A stretch of DNA of 64,000 bases from a virus. Its lineage: Duplodnaviria; Heunggongvirae; Uroviricota; Caudoviricetes. Positions 62,749 to 64,000 of the stretch are shown in pieces. How positions within the stretch are numbered: position 1 is the stretch's first letter; the number at the start of each line of letters is the position of its first letter. A program made the translations under genes and the position numbers. The notes below the pieces were generated by a model. The model was given only the letters and a program-made list of their open reading frames with translations, was not told the DNA's origin and ran no database searches. The DNA lies in the IMG/VR virus record IMGVR_UViG_3300025011_000026; one strand, written 5' to 3'.

Positions 62749-64000
62749 CTAAACATCTTCCCTAACAAATACAATCTTACTACCTTTATATCCCAATTCA
62801 TTCTTTATAATTTTATACAAATCATAAATCTCTCCTTTATTAGCAAAATCACCTATCATTACCTTATAATAATTTCCCCTTTCAAAAACATAAATATTAT
62901 AATCTAATCCTCTACTAATTAATTCATCCACTAAATTATCAGCATCACTTTCTATCTTTGTAGATAAAACTTGAACAGAATAATATTTATCGGTATCTAC
63001 AATTGTTATGTATTTAGTATCTGTTTTATTTAGGTATTTTGCTGTGATTTTAACTTTTCCTGTTTTATTTGAATTTGCAATTAAAAGACCATTGTTGTCT
63101 ATTGTTGCAATAGATGGATTTGAAGTTGACCATTCTGCTTTGTCGGTAAAATTATATTTGCCATCAACTATTGCTGATAATTGTAAATTAGAATCAACAA
63201 ACACTTTAGGATAATCTACTTCTATGTCTAATCTTTTGATTTTTGGCATTGGATTAGGAGGTGTTATTTCTTTTTCATTAGAATCAACTATTGCCCAATA
63301 TTCATTTATAGGATAACCTTCTGCTGGCATGTAACAATAACCAGAAAACTCTCCCCAGTCTTTACCCCATGAGTTTAAAATTTTAAAATATAATTTATTA
63401 TGTATCATCTTCCATCCAATAATTGAGGTCGCATGATTTCCGTTATAATTTTCTAGTGTTTTGTCAGGAACAGGAAGTATCCCTCCACGATAAAATGAAC
63501 TATACACCCTAAAACTAATATATACTGGCCCAATATTAACAAGAGATTTTTTAATTTCAGATATATTGTGTAATCTGATATAATCTTTTATCCTATGATT
63601 CTTTGCTTCATCAATCATAGACTGTGTTATTTTTGCCTTTAGCTCAGGGTAATTACCTTGATCTGAAAAGGATGAGTTTAAACATGTTCCATTTAATTTT
63701 AACGCAGAAATTGCGTCAATGCTATACATCCCTTCGCCTTCATATCCACCAATACGATGGGCATAAATAAATCCTGCTGAATGATCTTCATTAGGATTTT
63801 CATTATTCAGACCTAATATATCCTTTATTCCGCGAAGAGCATAACTTACGCAACTTGAATATGGCCCTTGATCTAGGACTTCAGGCAATAAATTTGGAAT
63901 TGTATACTCTCCTACATCTAAATTTATAGATTTTATTACATTATTGTTTTCTATAAAATCATTTAGTTCTATTGTGCCAGTTTCATTTTCAGATGCAGGA
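62749..64000 (-). CDS. papain-family (C1) cysteine peptidase - Big_2 - SPOR protein, 5' end outside window
   Basis: Q-x5-C (DQGPYSSCVSYA), His (NHATSIIGW) and N-S-W (ILNSWGKDWG). Big_2-like SNPSIATIDNNGLLIANSNKTGKVKITAKY. SPOR-like YYSVQVLS ... YYKVMIGDF. The frame stays open to base 64000, so the track start at 63888 is not the true start. Confidence 0.7.
   Translation of the reverse strand, partial: PASENETGTIELNDFIENNNVIKSINLDVGEYTIPNLLPEVLDQGPYSSCVSYALRGIKDILGLNNENPNEDHSAGFIYAHRIGGYEGEGMYSIDAISALKLNGTCLNSSFSDQGNYPELKAKITQSMIDEAKNHRIKDYIRLHNISEIKKSLVNIGPVYISFRVYSSFYRGGILPVPDKTLENYNGNHATSIIGWKMIHNKLYFKILNSWGKDWGEFSGYCYMPAEGYPINEYWAIVDSNEKEITPPNPMPKIKRLDIEVDYPKVFVDSNLQLSAIVDGKYNFTDKAEWSTSNPSIATIDNNGLLIANSNKTGKVKITAKYLNKTDTKYITIVDTDKYYSVQVLSTKIESDADNLVDELISRGLDYNIYVFERGNYYKVMIGDFANKGEIYDLYKIIKNELGYKGSKIVFVREDV

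Noticed and set aside
1-64000. Possible stop-codon reassignment (TAG or TGA recoding), considered as an explanation for the interrupted small genes.
   Set aside because: All large genes (Pol III alpha, RNR, topoisomerase subunits, VirB4/VirD4-like) read through cleanly with the standard code. The interrupted genes need frame changes, not stop suppression, apart from the single TAA at 1560.
1-64000. CRISPR arrays, integrase/att sites, transposase/IS elements and virion structural genes.
   Set aside because: None were recognised. There are no regularly spaced direct repeats and no tyrosine or serine recombinase motifs. Their absence from this window says nothing about the rest of the replicon.

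Overview
Strongly AT-rich, gene-dense sequence with Firmicutes/Clostridia-style signals: AGGAGG-type Shine-Dalgarno (SD) sites, TTG/GTG starts, and TTGACA-N17-TATAAT promoters with TGn extensions. I read it as part of a large phage-plasmid-like element, or a megaplasmid with phage modules. No capsid, tail, terminase or integrase gene is recognisable in this window.

Layout:
- 1-12.6 kb (+ strand): many tiny ORFs, often mini zinc-ribbon proteins. It also holds an orphan VbhA-like antitoxin domain, a lipoprotein, a small-TM + SPFH/band-7 pair, a beta-helix repeat protein and an MmcB-like PD-(D/E)XK nuclease.
- 12.7-23.5 kb: a replisome operon behind a strong promoter. It encodes an SSB-like protein, an AAA_24/Sak4-like ATPase, a DnaB-like helicase, a Toprim primase, a Cas4/RecB-like nuclease, an HNH-AP2 homing endonuclease and DNA Pol III alpha.
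- 24-43 kb: nucleotide metabolism and topology genes. These are a class II RNR, a Nudix protein, type II topoisomerase B and A subunits, ThyX, a guanylate-kinase-like dNMP kinase split by an intein in its P-loop, and an NT5C-like nucleotidase. Small ORFs and a NUMOD-type homing endonuclease are interspersed.
- 44-48 kb (- strand): a plasmid maintenance core. It has a Rep (phage_rep_O-like winged helix), iterons, three perfect DnaA boxes, two candidate antisense sRNA units and a ParM/ParR/parC-like partition locus.
- 48.1-56.9 kb (+ strand): a minimal Gram-positive type IV secretion/conjugation-like operon. Components are an M23 hydrolase, a VirB2-like protein, a VirB6-like protein, a PrgI/VirB3-like protein, a VirB4-like ATPase, a VirD4-like coupling protein and a Replic_Relax protein.
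- 57-60.3 kb: a stand-alone DGQHR/ParB-like gene and a Zn-ribbon/PD-(D/E)XK/NUMOD endonuclease-like gene.
- 60.8-64 kb (- strand): a phage lysis cassette with a C1 papain-like peptidase-Big_2-SPOR protein, an Amidase_3 endolysin, XhlA and a holin.

Most notable: the T4SS-like operon sits on the same molecule as a phage-type replisome and a lysis cassette.

All functional calls rest on motifs read by eye, and no database search was possible. Hand-indexed coordinates of non-ORF features may be off by 1-2 nt.
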